DNA of 58,617 bases, filler included, from Trypethelium eluteriae (lineage: Eukaryota), in assembly GCA_051942245.1 (NCBI GenBank). It is 3 parts of 3 records of this genome, joined end to end, with 100 filler letters (N's around TTAATTAATTAA, not from the genome) between each part and the next. Parts side by side here need not be neighbours in the genome. Positions count along the whole stretch, not along the records: positions 19,588 to 39,069 come from JAVECL010000527.1; 2 more parts are not named here. The stretch is one strand, 5' to 3'. The position numbers and the translations under genes were made by a program. The notes beneath the pieces are model-generated. The model was not told where the DNA came from. It searched no databases and saw only the letters and a list, made by a program, of their open reading frames with translations. Each line of letters begins with the position of its first letter. Positions within the stretch are counted from its first letter, which is position 1. This document shows positions 26,901 to 39,169 of the stretch, in pieces.

Positions 26901-27730
26901 GGTTTTCTATGGATGCCCTCCCCCAACGTGCAGTGTCAAGGGGAGGTGGTGCGAAAACGCTAGACTGTGACTGGTGGAGGCCCGCAGCGAGGTCTCGTCC
27001 CGTGATGGCTGCAAAGGCACGCAACGGCACGCAACGATTCTCGTCCCTCGCTCGCCGGATGGGACGGGACTAGACGAAAAGAGAGGGTTGGGTGGAGCTG
27101 GGTGACGCAAAGGCAGCATCAAAAGAGCAGGATTGGGATGGATGTGCGCCCTCTGCTACGGTAGCACGGAGCAGCCCAGCAGACCGGCTCGTATTGGCAT
27201 CAGATTGAAGTGTCCTGGAGTGTCCTGGAGCGTCTTTGGCCCAAGCTGGACTCAGGCTGGAACCTTGCTCGTTTCGACCTGTTTGGCGGCTATTTTGGGA
27301 AGGTTCGGTGGTCAGGTCGTATTGCGCCGTGCGTCGAGTGGAGCACTGGAACCCGCCAAAAATCCGTCAGCTTATGTGGTGACTGAAGGAAGTCTCTGCT
27401 TCCACCGATTTCCACCCTTCGCTGCGACTTCCTCTCATCCAGTTACAGATCTGATATACCACTCTCGTTGCTCTTCTATCAGCGTTTTTCTTGCCCATCT
27501 GGCTGTACGACAACAACTCATTCGTTTCTACGCTTATTCCGCTGTCTGCCTTAATTGACACCCTGTCACGGGAACTATTCCCACTAGGGCCACCCTAAGC
27601 CCGTCCTCCCTGCGCATTGAATTAAAGGAGCGACTCTCCTGGCCAGCGACTCTACGACCCTTCACACCTCACCTTTGTTTATCGAGGCCATCAGATCAGT
27701 CTTTCTAGAAGGCCCAGCGCCACCATCACG

Positions 27731-28909
27731 ATGCTGTCCCAAAAACGGGCAGCTGTATTCTTACTCCTAGCCGCCAATCTTTCCTTGACAGCCTCCGCGA
27801 TGGACCTTCTCCCCAAGAACGACGCCCTCGTGTTGCCACGACAAAACTCGGGTAGTGCGTCGGCATCAGTCAATAACGCAGCTGCAACTCCAGCCAGTTC
27901 GGCTGCTAACACCGACCCTACGCCAACGGCTTCGTCGGCATCAGCGTCAGCATCAGCATCATCGCCATCCGACTCTTCGAGCTCGGATCCAAGTACGCAA
28001 TCTCAGTCTCCTTCTGCAACATCTGTCATACAGTCGCCTGCGAGTTCGCCAAATTCAGCAAGTTCAGTCGTTGATTCTCCTTCAGCAACATCTGCCCCCG
28101 CTACTACGTCGAATCCACCTACCACAAGTACACCGCCAACGACATCTGCTGCACCCACTACATCTGCAGCACCAGCACCTACCACTCCGTCGACCTCGGC
28201 TGCACCGACGCCGTCAACGTCTGCCGCACCCTCATCCGCACCCTCATCCGCTCCCAGCAGCTCCTCGCCCCAATCTTCAAGTATCCCATCAGTAACCAGT
28301 AGCAGCGTGGTATCTAGTCAATCAGCATCGTCGTCAGCACCAGTGAGCTCCAGTGCATCATCACACTCATCATCTAGTGTCAGCGACGTCAATCTAGGTT
28401 CCACCACGATCAATCCGCATACCCTCTCGTCTTCATTGGCAGTCACCTCAGCTCTCGTAACCTCGGTTCACTCGCAATCAACTATTACCTCAGTCTTTAC
28501 ATCTAACGGTCAAGTTCTAAGTTCTACTCTCACCTCTGACGCTCTGGTTGCATCAACAACAGGTTTCGCCACATCAACTATCGCACCTTCACTCAATAAC
28601 GGTGGCAGCAGCGGCAGCGGCTCTGGTCTTTCATCCAGCTCCAAGTCCATCATCGGAGGTGTTGTTGGCGGTGTCGGAGGTGCCATCTTGCTTGGTGGTC
28701 TTGCTCTCCTTGCATGGCGTATCTGGGGCCGCAAGAAGTACCACCCAGCATTAGACGATGACGACGACATGATGTCTCGCGACTCTATGGGACGGGAGAA
28801 GAGGGGAAGCAATGTCGGAATTGGCGGAAGCTACGGCAGCCGGCCATTTCAAGGCAACCTGGAGCAATACCACCAACCAGGACCGACGAACGCTGCATCG
28901 AATTTTTAA
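27731..28909 (+). CDS. Ser/Thr-rich single-pass cell-surface protein (Mid2/Wsc-like sensor)
   Basis: Signal peptide, long S/T/P-rich ectodomain with TTSAAP repeats, one transmembrane segment IIGGVVGGVGGAILLGGLALLAWRIWGRKK, and a short tail ending LEQYHQPGPTNAASNF. Confidence 0.85.
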   Translation: MLSQKRAAVFLLLAANLSLTASAMDLLPKNDALVLPRQNSGSASASVNNAAATPASSAANTDPTPTASSASASASASSPSDSSSSDPSTQSQSPSATSVIQSPASSPNSASSVVDSPSATSAPATTSNPPTTSTPPTTSAAPTTSAAPAPTTPSTSAAPTPSTSAAPSSAPSSAPSSSSPQSSSIPSVTSSSVVSSQSASSSAPVSSSASSHSSSSVSDVNLGSTTINPHTLSSSLAVTSALVTSVHSQSTITSVFTSNGQVLSSTLTSDALVASTTGFATSTIAPSLNNGGSSGSGSGLSSSSKSIIGGVVGGVGGAILLGGLALLAWRIWGRKKYHPALDDDDDMMSRDSMGREKRGSNVGIGGSYGSRPFQGNLEQYHQPGPTNAASNF

Positions 28910-31501
28910 GGTGTTGGCTCGATAGTGCGAGCTGCTTTAAGCTCCACAAAATCGCTGCGGTCATGCAGTCTGCATCTGTCGTGCGTATTTGTGTCATGTT
29001 TCAGATTTATGTGCATTCAGCCAGCGAGCACGGGATATTGGGTTCGAGATGCATTGCAATGGGTGCATAATCATCATAGTCAGTCCTCCTGACATGATCA
29101 TTTCGGCGCACCATGGAATATTATTGGGGAACGATGGAGGTAGTCTCCCTTACTCCCTCCTCTGTTGTGCTTCTGCACACTTTTTTCATTGTAATGGTTT
29201 CGGTGGGCTTGACTTCTGGTTGGTGTCACGGTTGTACGGGATCCCACTTTCTTAATCTGTACATAGAAAACCCCGTTGTAATAGACTGAGACGAGTGAGA
29301 TTGTGAATGGGTCTCAATTTTAGATATTACGGCTGAACGTCAACATAGCATTGTTCTTCATTCACCCTACTTTCTGCGGATGGCAGCCGCACTCCAACTA
29401 TTTGCAGAAGACATGGTCAAGAGTCCTACCATACCCTCTTGTCTTCCTCGCCACTTCTTTCTCCCCTTTCTTCAAGGGATCATTGGGAATTTCCACATCT
29501 TCAGCAGTAGCATCACTCTTGTCCTCGTCATCATTATCATCCGCTGCCCTCCTCTCTCCACTCCTCCACCTGCCTCCTCATTCATTAGGCTTTACCTCAT
29601 TCGCGCCGCCTCTCCATACGTCGGCATCTCCACTCCCTCGCCCAGGACTTGTACAAAGCCACCCGCCAGAAGCGCAAAGCTCGGATCCAGGAGATCCGGA
29701 TATGATAGCGCCAGCGCTGGTCTAATACGTGTGGAGTGTCGTAGAGGAGAAGGCGGGAGCGAGTGAGGAGGAGCAAGGCAAGGACTTGCTGACAAGGACA
29801 CCACTGTTTTGCTACGATAAATACTTTCTCTTTCTGGAGATTCCACTGAAATGGTTGAACAAAGTAGATCGAGTTACAATTAGATGTAAAGAAACAAGAA
29901 TGCACATAGCCGGTAGGAGAATGTACGCGAAAGCCGAGAGTGAAACAATGATTGGTGTTCGATACAGTACGAGATGGACGTAGTGAAAACGGCCCAGTCC
30001 CGGTCAGGTTCTGTGTAGAAAGACAATGGAGAATGGTCTATGCCACTCAAGACTACCTATCTCTCAGTGGATAGCTGTATCGGTGGCAAATGAAGATATA
30101 GATATGATGATTCTCGTGAACCACCGAACCTCAGAAGGGAATGAAATTTGAAGTGCTGCACTTGCCTTTGCAAATAGAGTGACTATCCAATTTGTTCAGC
30201 ATTGCCCGGCGAAATCAGGTCCATGCAGTACTCTTCAACATCCTAATCTGAGTCTTCAATGGTCCAAGTCGTGCCCTCGCTCAGGTCTTCGTCTGTAAGA
30301 TCTGCCTCTGATAAGGTATCCATCCTATCCACCTCTGCTGACTGCCCCGCCCCGGTTTTGACATGCCGAGCTGATGTAGCTTCCTCATTCGCAATGGAAT
30401 GGTGTCCGAGATAGGTACAAAAATCCCCTCTTCACCCCACGAGATGACCTCTTCCTTTGCCTTCCCCATGGAGTCGTGTGGAGTCCATGTTTGCTCACGA
30501 AGGATACGACCTGCGAGTTAAGTGGACTCAACATTGTCCCGGATTATTACCTCGTCATACTCCCATGCCGCGGGCAAGGCAAAATCGCGTATGTTCTCCA
30601 AGTTTTGAGTGTCACGAAGCTTTATGTTCATAGTTACTGCAAGAGAAAGGTAAATGAAGGAGTCGATGAACTTTCTGCCTCAGTGAGAGCGTGGGAGGAG
30701 TCCCGAAACATCTCTTTGAAGTGACGGGTCATTGTGAGTAGTCGCTGGAGGGCCGAGTCCTGGATTGGTATACGAAGTAAGTGATGATGGATACAATTTA
30801 TCTAGGAAACATGCATACCCTTACGCACGAAAGACCATCATCCATGGCGGTGGCCCTGGACTTCAAGGATCCTCGAAGCAATCAGCGACTCTCTAAAGCA
30901 GCCATATTCGCTTTTTAGAAGATTCGCTGGGCGGTATCATTGATATTGTGAATAAGCTCCGCGTTGATTTCATGGATCACCTGAACCTCCGCTGCAGTCC
31001 AAATGAGTTTTTTTTGTCTGTAGCATCCTCGTATGGATTTGACACTCTGATCCACGGTTGAGTTTGATGTGGCGCTCGCCATTTTCGAGCAAAGATGTGG
31101 TGGAGATAAGAAGATAGATGATCGTTGAAATTTTGTAGGATACTAAGCCCAGCCTGGCTTCCCAAAAAGTGAGATGATGTGGCTCATTGGGATGGGCAGA
31201 AACTGCTCGTGGATCTACTGTGTCCCGATGTTCAGAGTGGAGCACCAGATTTGGCCATGGTCACGCGACAGGACGTTTGTATCATCGACTTAACATAGAC
31301 CGCATTATCTCTATGTACTGGCTGTCTGGAGAGAAGCGGAGCGTAGGCCTCACTGGGATTGTAGTAGCGGTGGGTCTTGACTCGCACAGTTGGAGATTGC
31401 ATGGCCGCATGGTTCTCCCACTCGTAGACTTGTTGAGCCCATCTCTTGATCATAAATAATGTGTGCGTGTGCGACTCGATGGTTTCGAGGAAGGCAGCAA
31501 A

Positions 31502-31553
31502 GGCTCGGGAGGTCGGCTCGGGAGGTAGGCGTGGGAGGTAGGCGTGGGAGGTA
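31502..31553. repeat. 13-bp minisatellite, four copies
   Basis: GGCTCGGGAGGTC GGCTCGGGAGGTA GGCGTGGGAGGTA GGCGTGGGAGGTA. Confidence 0.85.
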
Positions 31554-33305
31554 AGGTATTGAGGCGGCGTTCGTCAGGATGAGACGGAGGAGCATCGTCC
31601 TCTTGTGGGCAAATGCATGCGAATATGGATCATAGTAGCTCGTGTGGACATAAGAATCGGTACAGACTCTGTTTCGTAAAATGCAGAGATAGATCTCGAT
31701 GCTCGCCGCCACCCTTCACCAGACTGTGGCCGGGCGTTGCACCGTCACTTACTGTGTGCACATTTTCCTGCCGTCGCAGCAGGCACAACGCGGAAGGCAT
31801 TAAGCCATGAGAATGAGTACGATACACTAGGATTGCAGTACTTCATTAGCAGCGTGTCTAGTTCTACTTTCATATTACGGAGACAAATGCAAAGACTCTT
31901 CCCCAAACTCCTGCACGAGGCAGAGCGAGTGTTGAAAAGACATGAGAAAGCCATCAAAAATTGCGCCGGTGAAGCCCCCGAAGGAGATTCAAGCCACCCT
32001 CTCGCCGCGCTGTGCAATGCAGGAGATGATGGCTGGGTCCCGAATTCTTGAGCTCAGGATCCCCCGACAAGGTAAGTATGAAGAAGAGAAGAACTTGGAG
32101 GAGGCAGCTGGCTCAGGTTATATACACGAAAATGGCGCTAGGCGCCTAGCGCGATTATGTAATGATGGCTAAGACCAAGGCAGAACGGTGAGGAGTGGTT
32201 GGGCAGAGGGGTGAGCGGTGAAAAAGTGGGGGCTGAGGGAAAAGGTTAATGAAGTGAGACCGTGTCACCGGGGAAAGGAGTGAATGACTCGGTTGAAAAG
32301 GGGCTGATTACCTCTCACTCTCTGGATCTGAGGCCGGCGACGTTGGAAAAGCCTGTTTCTGCCCTGAAATTTCTTCAAACCCACAAAGCAAAGCTCTACC
32401 ACAGCTGGCAAACCGCTCAACATATGTGCACTGAGTGACTGGCAAATTGGGTGTAGGATACGAATGGAGTAGCTCCGCCGGTTCGCCGCAGGGATTTGAC
32501 GTGGCTACTTCATGTAACAGTGAGCACGGGACATCCGGAATGAAAAGCAAGTTTACCGAAATTGCTCCCACTCCTCAACCCATGAGCCACGTGCAGAGCG
32601 CAGATTTACCTAAGGTACTCCGTACCTGCAAAATGATTTGCATCTTGCTTTGTTGGTACACGATGTCCTTTCTTTTCTCTTTGCAGATGAAAAGATGGAA
32701 GAGAGAAAGTCAAGGCAAGGAAACCGTCAGAGGCCTCTGGTCAAATTCTAAATTGTAGAATGCCGGCGTGAAGAACCTTAGGCCAATATACACAAGATCC
32801 TGGGGAACGGAAGTCGGTTCGGTCTTCTTACAAGATGTGGATGAGATGACATTTCCTCCAAGACAAGCAACACCAGCAAGGTGTCGATCAATGCGTTAAT
32901 TAAATCCATGAAAAACGTACTTGATAAGCATCAGATCATCAAGCGTGCTGGACGTGGGATCAGTAGGTGTGGTGTACTCAATGCAGGGTTTCCGCTCAAC
33001 ATATGACTGCTCGGGAGACTTGTTTTCGTTAGGCGGACAATTGCTTCTCTCTACGATCGATGATGCATTACAAGATACATCCCGAGTCAGAAACGAAGGC
33101 AGGCGAGATTTTCATTGCATACTTCGAGTCATGATCACGGCCACGCGCAAGATCGACCGGATATCCTCTTATGGAAAGGTGTTTGGTGCGTGCCATGATT
33201 TCCGTTAAATACTATACAGGTGATACTACAGCGTGTTATTGCATAAGCGAGTCCCATCTCTACTTTCCGCATATTGCTTCTTTTGTTCTAGTGCTCCAAC
33301 CGCTC

Positions 33306-35545
33306 TCAAGCGACGTCGGCTTCGTTTTCACCAAAGCCGTTGCCTGAGACAGAGCCTCTCTTTTCATCATCAGGATGCGGATGTTCAGTAAAGCCTGAGA
33401 TGTCCACTGCCTCAGCATTGCCGAGCCCTTTCTGATTCCGAGTGCTTTCGTCATGTCCCTTGTACTCGTGATCGTCGTGCCATTCATGAGGCTCATGCCC
33501 GAAGATTGTTTTCGAAACAAGAGTGCCCTTTGCTGGGAACGCCAGGCTGAGGCTGGTGTACAATACAATGCTAGTCACAAAACCAAAAAGCCAATCAAAC
33601 GAGTAAAGATGTTGAGCCCCTGTGCTTATGTGGACTCCAGGTTCGTTGATGGAATATGCTAGGCCAGGCAGCAAAGGGGATACTGGAACCAGAAAAGCGA
33701 TGAGGGCCCTCCAGTTGATGCCGGTACGATTATATCGATATCTACCACGCGGATCGTATAGTGCTGGAACGTCAATATTACACTTCTTGATAAGCCAGTA
33801 GTCCGATGCAAGGATACCAGCGATGGGACCAAGGAAGACCGCGTAACCACCCATCTAAAGGTCTATCAGCTGAAGTTTCGCATTTCCAAATCGAGATTGA
33901 GCGAATACTTACAAAAGCAAGGAAAGTTGTTGCTGATGACAATATTTTCCATGGCACGATGACCCAGCCCCCGATGACTGCAGCAACGATGCAACCTCGG
34001 AAAATATTGACGTACTTGGGAAACAACACAGTCAAATCGTTTGCCGCGGATATGGAATTTGCCGTGATGTTTGTCCCCACCTGAGCGATATACCAGCTGA
34101 GTGCGGCAAAGAAAGCGGCAGCTCGACCTCCTGGATTATCCAACCAATGACTGATGATGTCAAGAGGGTTCCACAGTGCTTGACCATACACCACAATCGA
34201 CGCCGAGGTTGTCACAATACCAAGAATACCGCATGCAGTAAAGACGATTGGCAGGAAAGGTAGTTGAATGTACTGACCCTTCCCGGCTCCCTTTGCATAA
34301 CGGGAAAAATCGGGTATATTGCATGCCAAAGTCGCCCAGCTTCCTGTTACTGCCGACATGGAACTCAACCAGAGATACGCTCTTGCGCTTCCGGAAACTG
34401 TCTCGGGCACATGGAAAAGCTCACCGCTATTGCCAGCCTTATGGACGATCCAACCTAACGTTGCGACTGCAGTCACAGGGGCAGCGAAAATTTTGACTAT
34501 GAAAAGCCAACGCAGCCTAGTCGGAGGTATTAGGAGGAGGGGGAGTTGAATAATCCAAAAAAGAAAATAGCTGCACATTCCCTTGGTGTCGATGCCGGTG
34601 TCTGCGGGTAACTGATTCGGAATTCTATTGTAGGACGGCCAAATAGCCGCGAGCATAATGGTCACCGCTTCCGCGCCATTAGCGCTCTGGATACCAAGCC
34701 AAAACATGGCAAGGATTGCTCTTGAAACGATGCAAAAGTACCTGCGGGAGCTTTAGACGAATTGTTGCATATGCGAGGATATCATGACTTACGCGAAGTA
34801 GTACCCAAAAGAAGAGCGAATTGCAACTGAGAAGGGAATGTGGAGTCGCGCGCCAATGGCTCCATTACTGTAAGGAGGTCAGTCTTGCAGACGAAATGTC
34901 TCGGCCGTGATTATCCCTACAGAACCATGGGAATCGCAACACAAGTGGTGCCGACAACCATGATAGGGATTGCATCTCGCCAATTGAGACCAACAGCAAT
35001 CACACTGGATGCCGTCTCCCATGTCCCGAGATTGATTGTGTCTGTCGCCCAATACGCCATCCAGGTCCAGAGCGTCCCTATGTTGCATATTACCACGTTT
35101 GGTCCACATTACCGATGTCTTTCAATAAGCGAAGGTACCCATGCGGCTGGGGGGTTCCTCAACTGGTAATTAATACCATGTTACCTCAGTTAAACTATTC
35201 TAACCATGTTGGCCCACATCAAAGCGGCGTTAATATGGGTCAACAAGGTCATAACAGTAAAGTCGAAATAAAATTGTATCAATTACCAGTTGAGGAACCC
35301 CCCAGCCGCGCTAAGGTAGCTATTTACTTACAGGTTTGGTTCTCCGGCGGAACTAATGGCAACATGCCATATTAGTCTTGAATGCAGCAGGAAAATTAAC
35401 TGATGGTCATGCGCTTACCAGGATCCATATCAGAATTGGTCCATACATCGTCAGGTGCCAATCCAGATTCCTGCTTGGGTAATTCCCATGCTCTAATGCT
35501 TGTACATCGTTTTTGGACCGTCTTGCTACTTGGGACGTACTTCAT
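33306..35545 (-). CDS. NCS1-family nucleobase:cation symporter (Fur4/Dal4-like uracil/allantoin permease), multi-exon
   Basis: WTNSDMDP|VPPENQT|WTLWTWMAYWATD, WATLACNIPDFSRYA, QVGTNITANSISAANDL, VPWKILSSATTFLAF|MGGYAVFLGPIAGILASDYW and GINWRA. Confidence 0.93.
35143..35309. mobile_element. MITE-like foldback element (29-bp perfect terminal inverted repeats) inside intron 2 of the NCS1 gene
   Basis: GCGGCTGGGGGGTTCCTCAACTGGTAATT (35143-35171) is the exact reverse complement of 35281-35309. The interior is AT-rich and non-coding. Confidence 0.65.
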
Positions 35546-37075
35546 AGTGGGCGACTGATGAGTCGGTTCGTTGGACAATAGCAGTATCGAAAATCCAGAG
35601 AGCAGTCCAGCTGGGAAAGAGGAAGAGAGTCATGACGAAGGTCTCCTGCTCTTGTATCCCGGTAGAATGACGGTTGGTATTGGGATGATCGGTATCCCGT
35701 ACACTGGTTTCAGTATAACACGGCAGATAAGCAATCTGAGCGATCAGCGATGACGGAACGATAGTGGCCTCCGGTTCCCGATCATCTCACTTATTCTACA
35801 GGTGGAGATCAAGACCTAGAATGTGTTACCTAGCTGCTAGATTGGGGAGGCTGGCTTGTGTCTCGTTTCCCAAACGTGATTCTGGTATGAAAGCCCGGGG
35901 TTGTACAAGTCCTCCAAGGAGGGTCAGTTACGCCGACGAGTGGCCACGACAGAACGGAATTACGTCAAGAAGAAAATGAAAACCAATGGTAGACGATGAT
36001 GTGCAAAGCCAAAGATATTGGATATCTCGATGTACAGAATAGCAATCACTTGGAAATCTCTCCGCGTCCTGTGAGATAAACATGCTAATCAGAGTGCTTG
36101 CGGGTAAGATTCATCAAAGTGGTACTGATATGAAAGAGCAACCCCTGCCTGAAGTGTGGTGGAATGCCGCATCCTCTCTCAGAGCTCTGTAAAGAAATTT
36201 TACCGCCTGAACAGAAGTGATGCTGGACGTTAAAGTTCTTGAGCTTATTCTCTTCTCGGAGGCATAGCGGAAAAAAGGGAGAACGGGCGAATGAGGGCAT
36301 AGTTGAGGCTGAATTTTGTGCATACGCACTGCTGTACGTCATCTAGTGCGGCACCGTGGCTTGATCATAGCGGCTCATCCCGGAACTCCGATAGCGATCA
36401 CCGCGATGTTGCCCTGGACGGAGTATTTCTTCACTCATCGTCCTTTTCCCAGGGGTGTCATGCTTCAACAGCTGCTTCTTTCATTATGATGACAAAGGGC
36501 TTGCTGGAATCATCGCAGTCGGCATTCCGGTCAGCCTTTCTTTCGTGCCTGTGTCATCCAACTCACGTACCAACATTCTCGTTCATTTCGAATCGTTGTA
36601 GATGGCCAATCCAACAACTACGCAATCCAGCAACAAGAGCAACAAACTAACGGGACCAGCTTGGAGCTCATAGTTATGGTGAAGAGATGTTCCGGCGCTA
36701 TAGCCAATACACGACTCTCGTCCTACTGGGTTGCGCTGCCGATTACTGCTTCTTCAACCTCGTTAAGTTATCATGTACAACCTAGAACAACACAAAATCT
36801 GTTGTCCTCAACAAAAGGCTCAGGCAATTGGCTTGCATGGCATCAATCTAGCCCTTTCTGAGATGTCCTGGGACCCACTGAATTTAGACATCTAGACAGA
36901 GTGCAAATCCAGTCTTAGATCTTGTTAACTGATGTCCAGTAATGTTGCTACATGATCTCGCCAACTCCTTTTCTTATGCTTCTAGACTTCAATGTTCAAT
37001 TTCTTGTCTCTTTCGAATTTCCCTCACATTCATTGCTTCTTCACTCTGCTCTGATTTTTTCTTCTCGTTTGGGTA

Positions 37076-38567
37076 ATGAAACTTAAACTTGGTGTACTCG
37101 CCCTCGGGCTTTGCGTCGCGCAGGTCGCGGCATCCAGTAACGCGACTCCACAGAAAAAGAATCCACAAGGCGTCAAATCCCAAGGACAAAATGCAAACAA
37201 CGGATCACTTGTGCGAGCCTCGCCTCAAGACGTTCGAACCACTCTTGATACACTTACTGCATTTGCACTTGCGGTGTCCCAGTTCCAGCAGTCTGTAAAT
37301 ATTTCCAGAGCACAAGGACACAAGAGCGGGTCAGCAAAGGGTCAGAAAAAGGGAAAGAGCGACTCCTGCGTCATTGGCGGCTCCAAGAGTCCTAGCAAGT
37401 CTCGGAAGACTGGTAAAGAGAGGCGTGATCTGGAAAAGCGTGGCCGTTACTTTAGGGCTGGCGACGCAGTTCAATATCAATGTCCTTGTTAGTGAAGAGT
37501 CGGTTTCCAACCGTGGCAGCTACTGATTGAGGATAGACTATACCTTTGGATCGAGACAATATGTGCCCGCATTCACCGATGCCATTAACGCAATAGTGAA
37601 GGACAGGCCTTTCAAATCTAGAGCAAGTAGTAGTCTAGGCACTTCATGTATATTGATGGCTCGGCTAGACTTATATGTGGTGATGCTTACCTTTTCTATA
37701 GTGACTTTTCCCCTTCCTCTCGAGAATACTGGTTCGAAGCCGAGGAGCCATCGCTATGAGAAGAATCCCGATGTACCACCTGGATGTAGAGGAATTAATG
37801 GTGATAATTACGCATTTCTATATCAGTTTCCGATCATCCGCACCAAAACCGGCGAGATAAAACGGTGGAAGGATGGCAAAAAGCCAACGAACGACGTCGT
37901 CATCGTTGCGACTAATCAGTATATTCGGTGGGGCAAACGCACATACAAAAATGCTCAATATGATTACGAGGACCGCAAGATCGACATTGAGCCTTATGCG
38001 GTGGCCTGTGGCGTACTCACAAGGGAGCCAAGAGACGACAAAGAAACCTATGACAGGCCTTGGCAAGATTGCGAGCCAATCACGGAGGGCCATTACGACT
38101 TCCCACCGTCAGGGCCTCATGAGCAAGGTGATGTAGTCCCTTATGATCCTGAGCCCGAGCCCCTGCCAGAAGAGGACTATTATCCAGACCCTCGCTATCA
38201 AAACAGGGGTTTCAGAGAATCGGATTATCCCCCGGAGTATTACGACGAGCTCGAACCCGACGATGATGGCGATGACTATGATGACTACGATGATGATTAT
38301 TACGATGACCGGAGTCCATCTCCAGAATACGAGGATTACTACGAAGACACCGGCTACATGCCTGAACATTGCTCGTACGGCAGCCCGAATAATTACGTCC
38401 CACGGGGAAATCCATATCCTCCAGGACCTCCCTCTCAACCTGTCTATCCCCCGCCACCACCTCGTGGAGCCCCTCCACCGCGTGGTGCACCCCCTCGAGG
38501 AGATCCACCTCCGGGCATGTCCAAGGCAGCGATGAGATATACGCCAGGGAATGTGCAAGCGTACTGA
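37076..38567 (+). CDS. Secreted protein with a T1/microbial-RNase-like domain (apparently catalytically degenerate) and an acidic Tyr/Asp-rich plus PPRG tail
   Basis: Signal peptide MKLKLGVLALGLCVAQVAA and a Kex2-like site LEKR, then YQC, FPLPLEN, LYQFPII, PTNDVVIV, CGVLTR and WQDC. Introns at 37488-37536 and probably 37627-37701. Confidence 0.7.
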
Positions 38568-38886
38568 AAAAGATCAATGAATGAGGCAGAGCTGGTAGGT
38601 AAAGAGATAAAGCTCAAGGGTGCGGGACACTCGTCGTGTCAAAGTGTAATGTAGTTTGTCATCCATTTTCGAAAAGTGGGCCTCTCTATCGGCCGTCACA
38701 TATTGTTCATGTTGCGAAAGAATGTGTTGAATGAACAGAAGAGTAACCATTATTAAGTCTCTACAATAATTAACCTCACGTCGCTCTCATGACTCGGGCC
38801 AACCCACGTTTATAAAGCCATCCGCGCCGAATGCAAGGGTATCTCAAATTTCTGCATCTCCAACTTCCAGCCCCACCATCCTCACA

Positions 38887-38912
<26 letters not shown>
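38887..38912. repeat. (TC)13 microsatellite downstream of a TATAAA box near 38810
   Basis: Read directly from the sequence. It may lie in the 5' UTR of a gene lost in the adjacent gap. Confidence 0.85.
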
Positions 38913-38917
<5 letters not shown>

Positions 38918-39069
38918 AATCCTCCATCGCACCCAATGTACTTTGTATTCCCATCATCCTCCCTTCTCCTTCCCACTCCCCACCCTCACCAACCCCTGCA
39001 CCGTCCCCACTCGCTCCTCATAAATCCTCCTCAAATCATCCACTCTCCCCTTTCGCATATCCAGCCTCC

Positions 39070-39169
39070 NNNNNNNNNNNNNNNNNNNNNNNNNNNNNNN
39101 NNNNNNNNNNNNNTTAATTAATTAANNNNNNNNNNNNNNNNNNNNNNNNNNNNNNNNNNNNNNNNNNNN
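39070..39169. other. Assembly gap with an artificial six-frame-stop linker
   Basis: A 100-nt N block with a central TTAATTAATTAA. Confidence 0.95.

Noticed and set aside
31502..31553. CRISPR-like array
   Set aside because: The 13-bp units are contiguous with no spacers, in a eukaryotic genome, so this is a minisatellite.
35078..35420. TPP riboswitch in the NCS1 introns
   Set aside because: The aptamer signatures (CTGAGA, ATACC..GAACTTGAT..GATAAT..CAGCG) are not seen. The structure present is a simple inverted repeat.
35546..36300. UaY/Ppr1-type TCGG-N6-CCGA site upstream of the NCS1 gene
   Set aside because: No exact match was found. Only scattered GATAA and CGG words occur, which is too weak to call.
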